From contig CAWKDY010000021.1 of the NCBI GenBank assembly GCA_963848465.1, positions 4,055 to 68,054 on the forward strand: 64,000 nt of DNA, written 5' to 3'. The stretch is from an uncultured Chloroflexia bacterium. GTDB taxonomy: Bacteria; Chloroflexota; Anaerolineae; Aggregatilineales; Phototrophicaceae. Made by a program: the position numbers and the translations under genes. Below are positions 53,460 to 64,000 of this stretch, in pieces. How positions within the stretch are numbered: position 1 is the first letter of the stretch; the number at the start of each line of letters is the position of its first letter. Under the pieces are notes generated by a model. The model did not search any database. It saw only the letters and a list, made by a program, of their open reading frames with translations, and was not told the origin of the DNA.

Positions 53460-54519
53460 TTACCCCTCGCAGCAGAACGCCCCATCCGCCGGGAAGCACC
53501 AATGCGGCTCACGCGCGCTGATCGGGCGGGCAAGCTGCACCGTCACCGGGTAGCGCTCGGCTGCTTGCAGGCGATTCGTCCCGTAGAGCGCCAACTCGAT
53601 CTGCTCCGGCGGGATCGGCGCGCCGCAGTGGGTGCAGGTGAAGGTCAGCGTCTTCTTGCCGGTGGCGCTGATCTGCTCGGCGAACGCGCCGAAGCGCAGA
53701 TCAGGCTGCTGGCGGCTGAGCGCGCGGACGGCGGCGAGCACTTCGCGGCGGAACTCCAGCGGATGCGCTCCTGAAGGTTCGACCACAGCCCGCCGTCAGC
53801 AGCGGATCGACGCGGTAGACCAGCGCCGGTCTGTCCGCAGTCGGGACAGTCGACCGGGAACGGGATCAGGTCGAGCGTCTGCTCGGCGCGGGCGACGGCG
53901 GTCGCGCAGAAGCGAATCTCGCCGCTGAGCAGCGCCGTCACCACCTCGCCCAAGTCGTAGAGCCGCCCGTTGACCGAGACTGCGAACGAGCCGTCGGCGT
54001 TGCCCCAAAGCTGAAACAGCGGCAGGTCGCGCCGCGCGCGCAGATCATCACCATGCCGCAGCGCCGGCGGCGGACGTGCGGAAGAACCAGCAGCCGCGCA
54101 CGCCGTCGCGGGCGTAGCGCTCCTGCCGGAATAGCGCATCCTTCAGCCGCAGAAAACTCCACTGGACTTCAAAGGCGATCCGGGTCGATCCGCGCGACGC
54201 CAGCACGTCGGCGCGCCAATCGGTCTGCCGCCGCGACTTCGGTCACGGCGCTGAATCCGGCGCGGCGGCAGGCGATCACGATGTCCGCCTTCGCCTTGAG
54301 GTGCTGGATCGTCTCGCCGGGCGCGTCGCAGTCCGCGCCGCGCTTGTGGGCGAAATGCGGCGTCCCGAACTTGCTGCGGCGCAGATAGCCCGCGCCGCCG
54401 CAGCAGGGCAGGATCACCGGCGCGCCCGCCGCGACTGTCGCCTGCAGCGCGTCCCACTCGGCGTCGCTGAGTTCGGGCGCGATCACCTCACGCCCGGCGA
54501 CAAAAGCGCGCAGCGGCAC
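53460..54519 (-). CDS. Competence protein CoiA-like nuclease with zinc-ribbon motifs (multiple frameshifts)
   Basis: ILPCCGG...RRSKFGTPHFAH...C...ETIQHLKAK; downstream CPDCG and CTHCG. Confidence 0.65.
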
Positions 54520-54659
54520 GTCAGCCGCCCTCTGTGAATAACGTATGAATCAGCCGAAAAATAACACATATTTCAAGCTCTGTCTAATTCGTCGCTCCGG
54601 GCAAAGCGTGGTATCATGCTGGTAGATTTGTCCGAATTTATGCAGTGTAGGTTCACCCT

Positions 54660-55391
54660 ATGCGTATCCTCATCATCTCCGACATCCACGCCAATTTAAC
54701 TGCCTTTGAAACCGTTCTCGCCGACGCCCAAGGCGAGTGGGAATACGTCTGGTGCTTGGGCGACGTGGTCGGCTACGGACCCGACCCCAACGAATGCGTC
54801 GAACTGCTGCGCTCGATGCCGCACCTGTGCCTCGCCGGAAATCACGACTGGGCGGCGCTGGGACGGCTCGACATTCGCACCTTCAACCCGGACGCGCGCA
54901 AAGCGGTCGATTGGACGCGCGAGACGCTGACGCCGGAAAACGTCGCCTATCTGGAAGCGCTGCCGACGACCTTCGTCATTGGCAATTATACGCTGGCGCA
55001 CGGCAGCCCCCGCGAGCCGGTTTGGGAATACATCCTCGAACCGCTGATCGCCGCGCTGAACTTCTCGCACTTCGAGACGCCCTACTGCCTCGTCGGGCAC
55101 ACCCACCAGCCGATCATCTACGAGATGATGGGCGATCAAGGCGATACCGAAGCCGTGCCGCCGGTCTACCGCAAGAAGCGGACGCTCAACGGACACCGCC
55201 AGATCATCAACCCCGGCAGCGTCGGTCAGCCGCGCGACGCCAACCCCGACGCCGCCTACGCGATGCTCGACGTGGAAACCAACGTCTGGGAGCACCGCCG
55301 CGTCGCCTACGACATCGCCGCCGTCCAGCAGCGGATGCGCAAAAACGATCTGCCCGAACGACTGATCACCCGGCTTGAACACGGTTGGTAA
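54660..55391 (+). CDS. Metallophosphoesterase family protein
   Basis: SDIHAN, LGDVVGYG, GNHD, AHGSP, GHTHQP, NPGSVGQPRD. Confidence 0.92.
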   Translation: MRILIISDIHANLTAFETVLADAQGEWEYVWCLGDVVGYGPDPNECVELLRSMPHLCLAGNHDWAALGRLDIRTFNPDARKAVDWTRETLTPENVAYLEALPTTFVIGNYTLAHGSPREPVWEYILEPLIAALNFSHFETPYCLVGHTHQPIIYEMMGDQGDTEAVPPVYRKKRTLNGHRQIINPGSVGQPRDANPDAAYAMLDVETNVWEHRRVAYDIAAVQQRMRKNDLPERLITRLEHGW

Positions 55392-55396
55392 CGCCT

Positions 55397-56071
55397 ATGG
55401 CGCTCAGTTCGACCATGCGCGATTATCTCGCGGAGATTTACCGCCTCAGTGACCGTGAACAGCAGCCGGAAGGCTTCGTCAGCACCTCGGCGCTGGCGGA
55501 CTTGCTCGACGTGAGCGCGCCCGCCGTCAACCGCATGGTCACCAAGCTGCGCGAACAAGAGCCTGCTCCAGCACGAACCGTATCAGGGCATTCGCCTGAC
55601 CGACGAGGGACGGCGCGAAGCGCTCAAACAGCTTCGCCGCCAGCGGATCGTCGAGGTGTTCCTCGTCAAAGTCATGGGCTTCGAGTGGCATCAAGTTCAC
55701 GAAGAAGCCGACCGCATGAGCCGCGCGCTCGACGACATCGTGACCGACCGGATGGCGCAGATGGCGGGCAACCCGACTCACTGCCCGCACGGCGAGCCGA
55801 TCCCCACGCCGGACGGCGAACTGCTCGAGCTGCACGACGTGCTGCTCTCCGACGCGCCGCAGGAAGTGATGCTCGAAATCACGCGGGTGCGCACGCGCGA
55901 ACCCGACCGCCTCGAATACATGGCGGCGCTCGAACTGTCCCCGGCGCGCACCTGCAAGTCGTCCACGCCGCCCCCTTTCACGGACCGATTCAACTGCGCC
56001 TGAAGGACAAGGAATTCCGCATCATCGGGCACAACCTCGCCGAGATGATCCGCGTTCAGCCGGTCGAGTAG
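55397..56071 (+). CDS. Second DtxR/MntR family regulator with FeoA domain (frameshifted)
   Basis: DYLAEIY, VSAPAVNRMV, PYQGIRLT, VHEEADRM, CPHGEPIP. Confidence 0.88.
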   Translation: MALSSTMRDYLAEIYRLSDREQQPEGFVSTSALADLLDVSAPAVNRMVTKLREQEPAPARTVSGHSPDRRGTARSAQTASPPADRRGVPRQSHGLRVASSSRRSRPHEPRARRHRDRPDGADGGQPDSLPARRADPHAGRRTARAARRAALRRAAGSDARNHAGAHARTRPPRIHGGARTVPGAHLQVVHAAPFHGPIQLRLKDKEFRIIGHNLAEMIRVQPVE

Positions 56072-56084
56072 TGGAGGAAAAATC

Positions 56085-56634
56085 ATGACCGATGTCGTTC
56101 GCTCCATGACCGCCGAAGAATATTTCGAAATGCCGGAAACCAATCACATTGACGAACTGATCGACGGAGAATACATCTGTGATCCACGCCAGCCGGTTGT
56201 ACCATCAGAATGATTGTTGGCAACGTGATCATGTTCTTGTACACTATCTGCACCTCAGGGCGAAACGGTGCTTTCGCTCCATCGGCGATTCGTTTTGACA
56301 CCGATCACGTCCTCGAACCGGACGTATTCTGGATTCGTCCGGATGGCGATTGCAAGTTGAGGGATAAGCGATACTGGCAGGGCGCGCCCGATCTGGTGGT
56401 CGAGGTGCTGTCGCCTTCGACGGCAAAGCGGGATCGCGGCGTCAAGTTCGAGCGTTTACGAGCGGCACGGCGTCGCGCGAATACTGGCTGATCGACCCGG
56501 AAGCCCAGTTCATCGAAGTCTATCAGCGCGCCGACGAGCGCTTTCAGCGGCAGGGCGTGTACGGCGTCGAGGAAGCGTTCGCGTCGGCGGTGCTGGGCGT
56601 CGAGGTCAAGGGCGAGGCGATTTTCGCGGATTGA
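56085..56634 (+). CDS. Uma2 family endonuclease (frameshifted)
   Basis: ELIDGE, LEPDVFW, GAPDLVVEVLSPST..RDRGVKF, EYWLIDP; GGAGG RBS. Confidence 0.88.
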
Positions 56635-56645
56635 ATACAGATAAA

Positions 56646-56714
56646 GGCGCACAGCCGTGCGCCCCTACCTACGTGAATTGATCATTGCGTCGGGGCACAG
56701 CGCGCTGTGCCCCG
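56646..56714. repeat. Two REP-like palindromes
   Basis: GGCGCACAGCCGTGCGCCCCTAC and CGGGGCACAGCGCGCTGTGCCCCG, the latter followed by a T run. Confidence 0.65.
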
Positions 56715-56732
56715 ACTTTTTGTTGCTGAGAC

Positions 56733-58056
56733 TTACATGCTGTCGGCGAGCGCTTGATCGGCGCCGTCTTGCAGCGTCTGCGCCACGTCGTCAACCGACA
56801 TGCCGTTGCTGGTCACGTCGGCAATCGCGGTGCTGATCAGGCCGCGCACGGTGCTGTAGGCAGCGAGCGCCGGGCTGCTGTAGACCGTGATGTCCGGGTT
56901 GTTGAGCAGGGCGTTGGCGGCGTTGAAGTAAGGCGCGAGACCTGCGCTGAAGCTGGTCGAGCTTTCGAGCGCCATCGCGGTCGAGGGCACCGGGTTGAAA
57001 TAGCCCGAACCTTCGCTCCACGCGGTCGCCACATCCGGCGTAGCCAGATACTTCAGGAACAGCCAGCTCGCAAGCTGATTTTCCGGCGTGCTCGGCATCA
57101 TGATGATGCTGGGGACGAACGCCTGAATGATCTCGTTGCCGTCGGTGTGCGGGAAGGTCTGAAATGCCCCAGTCCGCCGTCACGCCGGTGTCGTTGAAGC
57201 CGCCGAGGACGTAGGTGAAGCCCGCGCTGCTGGTGATGTAGAAGGCGAGCACGCCGTTGTTGAAGTCGGTCTGGTCGCCGTACTGCTCCGCCGGGCTGTA
57301 AGCGCAGCCCTCGTTGTAGAGGTCTTGGTACATCTGGAGCGTCGCTTTGACGGCGTCGCTGCTGAAGTCGAACGCGCCGTCGTGATAGATGCTGCCGCCC
57401 ATGCTGGCGACCCACGACTCGAACGCCGAGGCGTCGGTGGTCATGGAGATACCTTGCAGGTCTTCGCCGTTGGCGCCGGTCGCGTTGGCGACGGTGCAGG
57501 CATCGGTCTTGAATTCGTCGATGGTGGTCGGCGGGGCGTCGATGCCAACCGAGCTGAGCAGCGTCTGGTTATAGGCGAAAACCTGCGCCGACGACTGGTT
57601 CGGGAAGGCGAGCAGTTGACCGTCGACCGTATCGGCGTTGAGCAAGCCCTGATTGATGTCCGGGGTATCGCCCAAGCCCCACTTGGCGCTGGTCAGATAA
57701 GGGGTCAGGTCGACCGCCGAGTTGTCGAGCGCGAAGCTGGCGGCGGCGTTGGAGTACCCGGCGACGAGGTTCGGCAGTTCGCCGGAGATAATGCCCGCGT
57801 TGATCAGGTCTTGCAGTTGGCTGTAGTTGCCTTGGAACGACGCATCAACCGTGATGCCCCATTCGTTGTTGGCGTTGAAATCCTCGATGATCTTCGCCAT
57901 CGTGTTTCCCTGAGCGCTGTCGTTCTGGTATTGATGCCAGTAGACGACCGTCTGCCCCGAAGGATCGACGTTTTCCAGATCATCCTGCGCGCTGACGGCA
58001 GTGATGCCGAGCGCCAGTACGAGGGCTAAACTTAACAGAAGTAAGGCTTTACGCAT
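56733..58056 (-). CDS. ABC transporter extracellular solute-binding protein, family 1 (UgpB-like; frameshift near 57160)
   Basis: Signal peptide; VVYWHQY, FNANNEWGITV, AFPNQSSAQVFAYN, SWLFLKYL, SGYFNP; GAGGAG RBS. Confidence 0.88.
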
Positions 58057-58449
58057 ACCGTTCTCTCCTCTTGAAGTATCTGATTCGATTTATCTGCCCC
58101 GGCGGAACGCCTCGCGCCGACGACAAGCTTAGGAAACACCGCCCCTTTGGTTCGCCTGAGGGTCGGTGGAGGGTCCAGTCTGTAATGATAACACTGTAGT
58201 GGCTCAAGCACCGGGTCAATTACTTTAACTTTTGACTAACCTTTTTCGACCCTTAGCCCAAGCACCGCGATTTTGCGGTCTTGTGGGTGGACGTTCGGGA
58301 ACTTGCTTCAACTCGGTGCAGGTTTTGCCTACCGCACATCGTAACTCGAATTGGCATATTTTCATAGGAATTGACGGTTCGATTTTACAAACGGCACCCG
58401 GAGTGACGTGAACGCGCGTTATGACGGATGGGGAAAACCGACCTGCCGC

Positions 58450-58501
58450 TTGACAAAGCCATTTGCTTGCCATATATTCAATTCTGATTAGTCAGGATTG
58501 A
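58450..58501 (+). promoter_or_regulatory. Sigma70 promoter TTGACA-N17-TATATT with overlapping imperfect palindrome (likely PadR operator)
   Basis: -35 at 58450-58455, -10 at 58473-58478; TCAATTCTGA-TTAG-TCAGGATTGA at 58478-58501. Confidence 0.7.
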
Positions 58502-58506
58502 CTATT

Positions 58507-59003
58507 ATGGAACGCGAACTACTGCTGCTGGGTCTTTTGCGCGGTCAGGAAATGCACGGCTACCAGCTTAACGAAATCATCAGCCGGGTGAACCGCTATA
58601 TCGGGCTGAAAAAGGCGACCGTCTATTTCTTACTCGACAAGATGGACGATTCCGGCTGGATCACGCGGACGGACGAGCAGGAAGGGCAATCGCCCGCCGC
58701 GCCGCGTCTATCACTTGACCGCCGAGGGCGAAGCCGAATTCCAGCAGCTTCTGCGCGAGAACCTCGCCCAACATCATCCAACTCAGTTCAGCGGCGACAT
58801 CGGCTTGGCATTCGCCGACGCGCTGCCCGCTGCCGACCTCAAGCTGCTGCTGGCGGATCGGCGGACGGCGGTTGAGGTCGAACTCGCCCAACTGCGAACT
58901 ACCGATCATCCGGCGAGGGAGCTTACGCTGGATCATCGAACACCAAATCCGCCATCTCGTCACCGAATTGGATTGGCTTGACGAGCTTATTCACACCCTC
59001 TGA
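58507..59003 (+). CDS. PadR family transcriptional regulator (frameshifted)
   Basis: LLLLGLL..EMHGYQL, ATVYFLLDKM..GWI, RRVYHLTAEG, ELDWL. Confidence 0.88.
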
Positions 59004-59020
59004 GGAGTTGAAACACATTC

Positions 59021-59446
59021 ATGGACATCCTTCGGTTTCTCCATTCCGGGGTTCGCTGGTTGGTGCTGCTGGTCGCGCTAATCGACCTCGTCTACTTTGC
59101 ATTGGGCTGGCTGCAAGGGCGGGGCTACGATCAGCTGGCGCGCCGCCTGATAAGCATCTTCGGCATGGTGATCAGCCTCCAATGGCTGATCGGCGTCGTT
59201 TTCCTGATCGTGCTCGGCGGGCAAACCGGCTTCGGCGTGCGTCACTACTGGGAGCATCTGACGGTCATGACGATTGCCGTGTTCGTCGCCAACCTGCCGA
59301 ATATGCTGCGCCGCCGTCGAATTGAGCGGATAAGCAGCGCTATCTGGTCAATCTGGGCAGCGATCATCGCCGTGATCGTGCTGGTCGTCATCGGCATTTC
59401 GCTGCTGCCCGAAGCGATTCGCTGGCGTTTCTTCCTACCGGCATGA
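59021..59446 (+). CDS. Hypothetical membrane protein
   Basis: HSGVRWLVLL...EHLTVM with about 4 TM helices; GAGGAG RBS. Confidence 0.78.
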   Translation: MDILRFLHSGVRWLVLLVALIDLVYFALGWLQGRGYDQLARRLISIFGMVISLQWLIGVVFLIVLGGQTGFGVRHYWEHLTVMTIAVFVANLPNMLRRRRIERISSAIWSIWAAIIAVIVLVVIGISLLPEAIRWRFFLPA

Positions 59447-59461
59447 GGTGAGTAGAACAAC

Positions 59462-60815
59462 GTGACCGACTGAAACGCAACCGCAAGACAAGCTCAATTT
59501 CAAGCGCGTGCTGCCGATTTTCGTGATCGTGCTGGTCGATCTGCTGGGCTTGACGATCATCATTCCGCTGCTGCCGCTCTATGCCGCCTCGTTCGGCACC
59601 GATCCGTTCATGATCGGCGTTCTGCAAACGTCATATCCGCTGATGCAGTTGGTCGGCGCGCCGATCCTCGGCGGGCTTTCCGACCGCTACGGGCGCAAGC
59701 CAGTGCTGCTGGTCAGCCAGATGGGGACGTTCGTCGGTTTCCTGCTGCTCGGTTTTGCCGGGACGCTGCCGCTGCTGTTCCTCTCGCGCATTATCGACGG
59801 CATATCCGGCGCGAATATCGTGGCGGCGCAGGCGGCGATCACCGACAGCACGACCGAACGCACCCGCGCGCAGGGTCTTGGCTTGATCGGCGCGGCGTTT
59901 GGACTCGGTTTCACGATTGGTCCGGCGATTGCCGGGATTGCGCTGGTGGTCAGCAACAACAATTACCACGTCCCGGCGTTCATCGCCGCCGGATTCTCGC
60001 TGGTGTCGATCCTGCTGACCTTCTTCTGGTTTCACGAGACCCTGCCGGAAGATCAGCGCGGCGTCAAGCGCGAGCAACAGGGCAACGTCGTCAGCAATCG
60101 TGCTCAAATCGCTGCGGCTGCCGCTGGTCGGGCTGCTGCTGGTCTTGATGTTCATGCAGCAGTTGGTCTTCGGCGGTCTGGAAAGCCTGCTGGCGCTGTT
60201 CACGCTGAGCCGGTTGGGGATCAACGCCGCCGGAAACGCGATCCTGTTCGTCTTCGTCGGCGATCATTCTGGTGATGGTGCAGGGCAAATACATCGGTCC
60301 CCTGAGCCGTCGCTTCGGCGAGCGCCGCTTGATCTATCTAGGCTTGGCGTGCCTCGGGCTGGGGTTGATCCTGACGGCGCTGACGCCGTCGCAGCCGGTG
60401 CCGTGGTACTCACGGGCGGAAATCGTGCGCGAGCTGACCGAATCGACCACGACCAGCAACATCGCCGTGCCGCTGCCCGACGACGGCAGCCTCGGTTGGT
60501 TCGGGCTAGGCTGGCTGCTGGTGGCGATGATCCCCACGTCGATTGGCGCGGGCGTGCTCTCGCCGAGCATCAACAGCTTGATCACCAAGCGCGTCGGCAA
60601 GAATGACGTGGGCGGCGCGCTGGGCGTGAGTTCGTCGCTGACCAGCGCCGCCAACGCGATCACGCCGCTGGTGGGCGGGGCGTTGTTCCAGTTTGTCGGC
60701 ACCAGCGCGCCGTTCCTGCTGGGCGGGGGCGTGCTGGTGGGGCTGCTGGTGTTCGCGGTCTCGGCGCATCCCGCCGCAAGCGGGCGAAACGCCGGTGAGG
60801 TCGTCGGCGACCTAG
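59462..60815 (+). CDS. MFS transporter, TetA/DHA1-like (frameshifted)
   Basis: DLLGLTIIIPLLP, GGLSDRYGRKPVL, SRIIDGISG, GLIGAAFGLGFTIGP. Confidence 0.9.
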
Positions 60816-60824
60816 GCAACCTTG

Positions 60825-61309
60825 TCAGCGCTGGCGCTCGACGAAGGCGGCTAACTTGCGCAGTGACTGCCGGGATCCGGTTTCGTTGTCTTCGAGGCGA
60901 ATTCCCGGCGGGATGTTTTCGCAGAGGGCGGTCACTTCCGTGCCATTGTTGGCATCCGCTAAGCTCCACGTGATGGTCATTGACCCGGCGAACTCCGGCT
61001 GATCGACTCGAAGGTGAAGACTTGGACGATTTTCTGGTTAGGAACGAGTTCGACGAAGCGTCCCTCGAACGTGTCGGTGTCGGCAGAGGTTTTGCCGCGT
61101 CCTACGTCGGACTGATTGAGGTAAGTCAGCGACATGCGGATCATCCCGCCCGCGTGCGGCTCGAAAGCGTGAACCTGACCGCGCATGTTATCGGGCGCGA
61201 GCCACGTCGCCACCGCATCCGCCTCAACGAAGGCGCGATAGACCGCCGCGCGCGGCGCGTGGACAAGGGTCGAGACGCGGGTGCTTCGGTTCATTTGAGC
61301 AGCGCTCAT
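60825..61309 (-). CDS. SRPBCC/AHSA1-like domain protein (frameshift near 60990)
   Basis: APRAAVYRAF, WLAP, FVELVPNQKIV, ENIPPGIRLEDNETG. Confidence 0.85.
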
Positions 61310-62201
61310 GGCTGATTCCTCTCCACTTGTTCAGTTTCGTTCGCCAGAAATGCCCGCAAGCGGGGCTAGGCGGGCGGTTGACGATGGTGACGTAGGTCAA
61401 CGCCCGATTGAGCTGAAGTGCTGGCACATCGAGCACCACCAGCCGGTTGAGCGCCAATTCAAACGTCAGCGTCACCTCGGAGATGATCGCCAAGCCTAAT
61501 CCCGCGCAAACCGCCTGCTTGATGGCGGCATTGCTGCCGAGTTCAAACGCCACCGACAGCGTGATCCCGCGTTCCCGCAGACCATTTTCCGCCACTTCGC
61601 GGGTGCCGGAGCCTTGTTCGCGCATGATGAACGGTTCTTGCGCTAAGTCGGCTAGCGAAATGTTCGACTGCGCCGCGAGCGGGATGATCGAGCGGCGCGA
61701 TAACCACCAGCCGATCCGTGCGCCAAGGCGTCACGTCGAGATCGGGCGCGGCGACTGGCGCTTCGACAAAAGCGACGTCCAACGGTCTGATGGCGCAGCG
61801 CCTCGATCATCTGATGCGTGTTGCCCATCTCCATCGACAGCGTGATGCCCGGATAGCGGGCGTGGAAATCGCCGAGCAGCGTCGGCAGCAGATAGGTGCC
61901 GATGGTGTTGCTGGCACCGACGGCGAAATGCCCCTGCTGCAAATCGTTAAGCTGCGCCAACACCGATTCCGCCGCGCGCTCGGCGGCGAAAATCTGCTTG
62001 CCGTAGTGATAGAGGAGTTCCCCGGCTTCGGTCAGCGCACCGCCGCCCCGAACGATCCAGCAAGGCGACGCCCAGACTTTGCTCTAGACCCTGCACACGC
62101 TTGGAGATCGCTGGCTGGCTGATAAACGAGGCTTTCGCCGCCCGGCTGAAACTGCCCAATTCCGCGACACTCATCCACAGCCGTAACGAAGTGAGATCCA
62201 T
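61306..62201 (-). CDS. LysR family transcriptional regulator (YeiE/CysL-like; frameshifted)
   Basis: GSFSRAAKASFISQPAIS HTH; GASNTIGTYLLP; REQGSGTR; SNAAIKQAV. Confidence 0.9.
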
Positions 62202-62338
62202 CTATAACCTCACATTATCGAATAGACAAGAAACCGATATTGGAATTATAGCACGGGCGGTCGTATGCTGTTGCCCTTCGTGACGTCATTTGAGGATCAT
62301 CATTCCAATGCGCGGAACTGTACCAGCCTCTGAAGCCG

Positions 62339-63389
62339 TTGAAACCGCTGCCCCGTCCAACCAAACGATTTACGTTCGGCAGTTGGGCGTCTGCTGCCCG
62401 GATTCTGCTGATCACGCTCGTCATCAGCGGGGCGGCGCTGTTCTTATTTCAAGTCGAAGCCAGCGTGCTCGATCATCCCGTGATCGAAGCGCTGGTGATC
62501 GCCATACTGCTCGGTATGGTCTGGCGCATGGTGGCGGGCTTACCCGCCCGCGCTAAGGCGGGGGTCAAGTTCGCCTCGAAGCCGGTGCTGGAAATGGCGA
62601 TTGTGCTGCTCGGCGCGTCGGTCAATCTGACGGTGATCGTGGGGGCGGGCGTGCCGCTGATCGCGAGCGTGATCATCGCCGTGATCCTGAGCCTGACCAT
62701 CAGCACGGCGTTAGGGCGAGCGTTGGGGCTGAAGCCCAAGCTGGCGACGCTGGTCGCGGTCGGCAATTCGATCTGCGGGAACTCCGCTATCGGCGCGATT
62801 GCCCCGGTGATCGACGCCGAGCCGGACGACATCACCAGTTCGATTGCGCTGGCGAACGTGTTGGGCGTGGCGGAAATTTTCCTACTGCCGAGCTTGATCG
62901 CTATTTTCGGCTTGACCTTTTACCAGTACGGCATTCTCGCCGGGTTGAGCGGTTATGCGGTGCCGCAGGTGGTCGCGGCGACTTTTTCGGTCAGCGCCGT
63001 CAGCGGCGAGATCGGCACGATGGTCAAGCTGATGCGGGTGCTGCTGCTCGGTCCGGTCGCGCTGTTTTACAGCCTGCGCTATCCGCGACCAGTCCGCCGA
63101 CGAACGCGCCAATGCACGGCAAAATCACCCGTTACATTCCGTGGTTCGTGCTGGGTTTTATCCTGCTGGCGGTGCTGCGCAGCTTGGGCGCGCTGCCGAC
63201 GGGGTTGATCAATCCGCTGCACGACCTGAGCACCTTGCTGATGATTTTGGCGATGGCGGGTCTGGGACTCAGCGTGGACATGGGCAACGTGCGCCAAGTC
63301 GGGCTGCGCGTGGGCTGGCGGTGATCGGCTCGGTGGCGGTGATGATCACGCTGAGCTTGCTGCTGATCCGCATTTTCCAGCTCGGCTGA
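62339..63389 (+). CDS. YeiH family putative sulfate/sulfite exporter (frameshifted; start uncertain)
   Basis: AIVLLGA, GNSICGNSAI, VPQVVA, VKLMRV, PWFVLGF, AMAGLGL; divergent from the LysR gene. Confidence 0.88.
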
Positions 63390-63492
63390 CTGAATTCCTG
63401 AGCGTGGGTACAATCAGTCCCTCACTCGCAGACCGGAAATGTTCAGAACGAGGTACAACATCTCCGGTGTGACGCTTGGGAAGGATCGGTTG

Positions 63493-64000
63493 ATGATCGA
63501 ACTGGGACGAGACACCCTCAACAGCTTGAATGAAAGCAGCCAACGAGAGTGGCTGGTGACGAACGGCACCGGCAGTTTTGCGGCGGGCACTGTGGCGGGC
63601 ATGCTGACGCGTCGGTATCACGGCTTGCTGGTGGCAGCCCTCCAGCCGCCGCTGGGACGGACGGTGCTGGTCAGCAAATTTGATGAGACGGTGCGCTACG
63701 ACGACCACAGCGTCGAGCTTTACAGCGATCAATGGAGTGAAGACCCGGCAGCAATCACCCCGCCGGGCTTGATCCACCTGAACAGTTTCGCGCTTGAGGG
63801 GACAACGCCAATCTGGGTCTACAGCATCGGCGATGCGCTGCTCGAAAAACGGATCTGGATGGATTACGGCAAGGACACGACCTACATCCGTTATACGCTG
63901 CTGCGCGGCACGTTGCCCGCTCACCTGAGCTTGAAATTGCTGGTGAACTACCGCGATTTTCACATCAATACCCGCGCTGAAACTTGGCAGATGGCAATCA
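63493..64000 (+). CDS. Glycogen debranching enzyme (amylo-alpha-1,6-glucosidase) N-terminal domain, partial
   Basis: Manual translation MIELGR...REWLVTNGTGSFAAGTVAGMLTRRYHGLLVAALQPPLGR; open to window end; AAGGA RBS. Confidence 0.88.
   Translation, partial: MIELGRDTLNSLNESSQREWLVTNGTGSFAAGTVAGMLTRRYHGLLVAALQPPLGRTVLVSKFDETVRYDDHSVELYSDQWSEDPAAITPPGLIHLNSFALEGTTPIWVYSIGDALLEKRIWMDYGKDTTYIRYTLLRGTLPAHLSLKLLVNYRDFHINTRAETWQMAI

Noticed and set aside
53460-56634. Defence island (CoiA-like nuclease, phosphoesterase, Uma2)
   Set aside because: The genes have host-like composition, mixed orientation and belong to commonly dispersed families. No recognisable defence-system partners are present.
1-64000. 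Mass pseudogenisation or programmed frameshifting
   Set aside because: Indels hit most long genes regardless of function, with no slippery-site pattern and no build-up of in-frame stops. Long-read consensus error explains this best.

Overview
GC-rich bacterial chromosomal segment. Gene content points to Chloroflexota, probably Anaerolineae (inference from PT-rich secreted SH3/PA14 proteins, a V4R/roadblock signalling module, DUF4342, Uma2 and TPR membrane proteins). It holds about 55 mostly housekeeping, metabolic and regulatory genes plus one tRNA-Phe(GAA). Most long genes carry scattered single-base indels, which looks like uncorrected long-read consensus error, so many coordinates are reconstructed across frame switches and are approximate. 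No transposase, integrase, prophage, CRISPR array or rRNA is evident. The most notable unexplained structure is: (1) an A/T-richer exported-protein gene bracketed by an exact 26-bp direct repeat with a conserved satellite motif; (2) a three-site ECF-type promoter motif (GCAAC-N16/17-CGT[AC]TA) linking an ECF sigma/anti-sigma/bactofilin-like operon to two other genes; (3) a roadblock-V4R-receiver/degenerate-GGDEF operon with no GTPase; (4) an unannotated 58-aa CxxC/WCPGW protein behind a perfect CRP/FNR-type box; (5) a membrane-tethered HTH_17 protein; (6) two dispersed families of intergenic palindromes, one REP-like (GTAG...CTAC).
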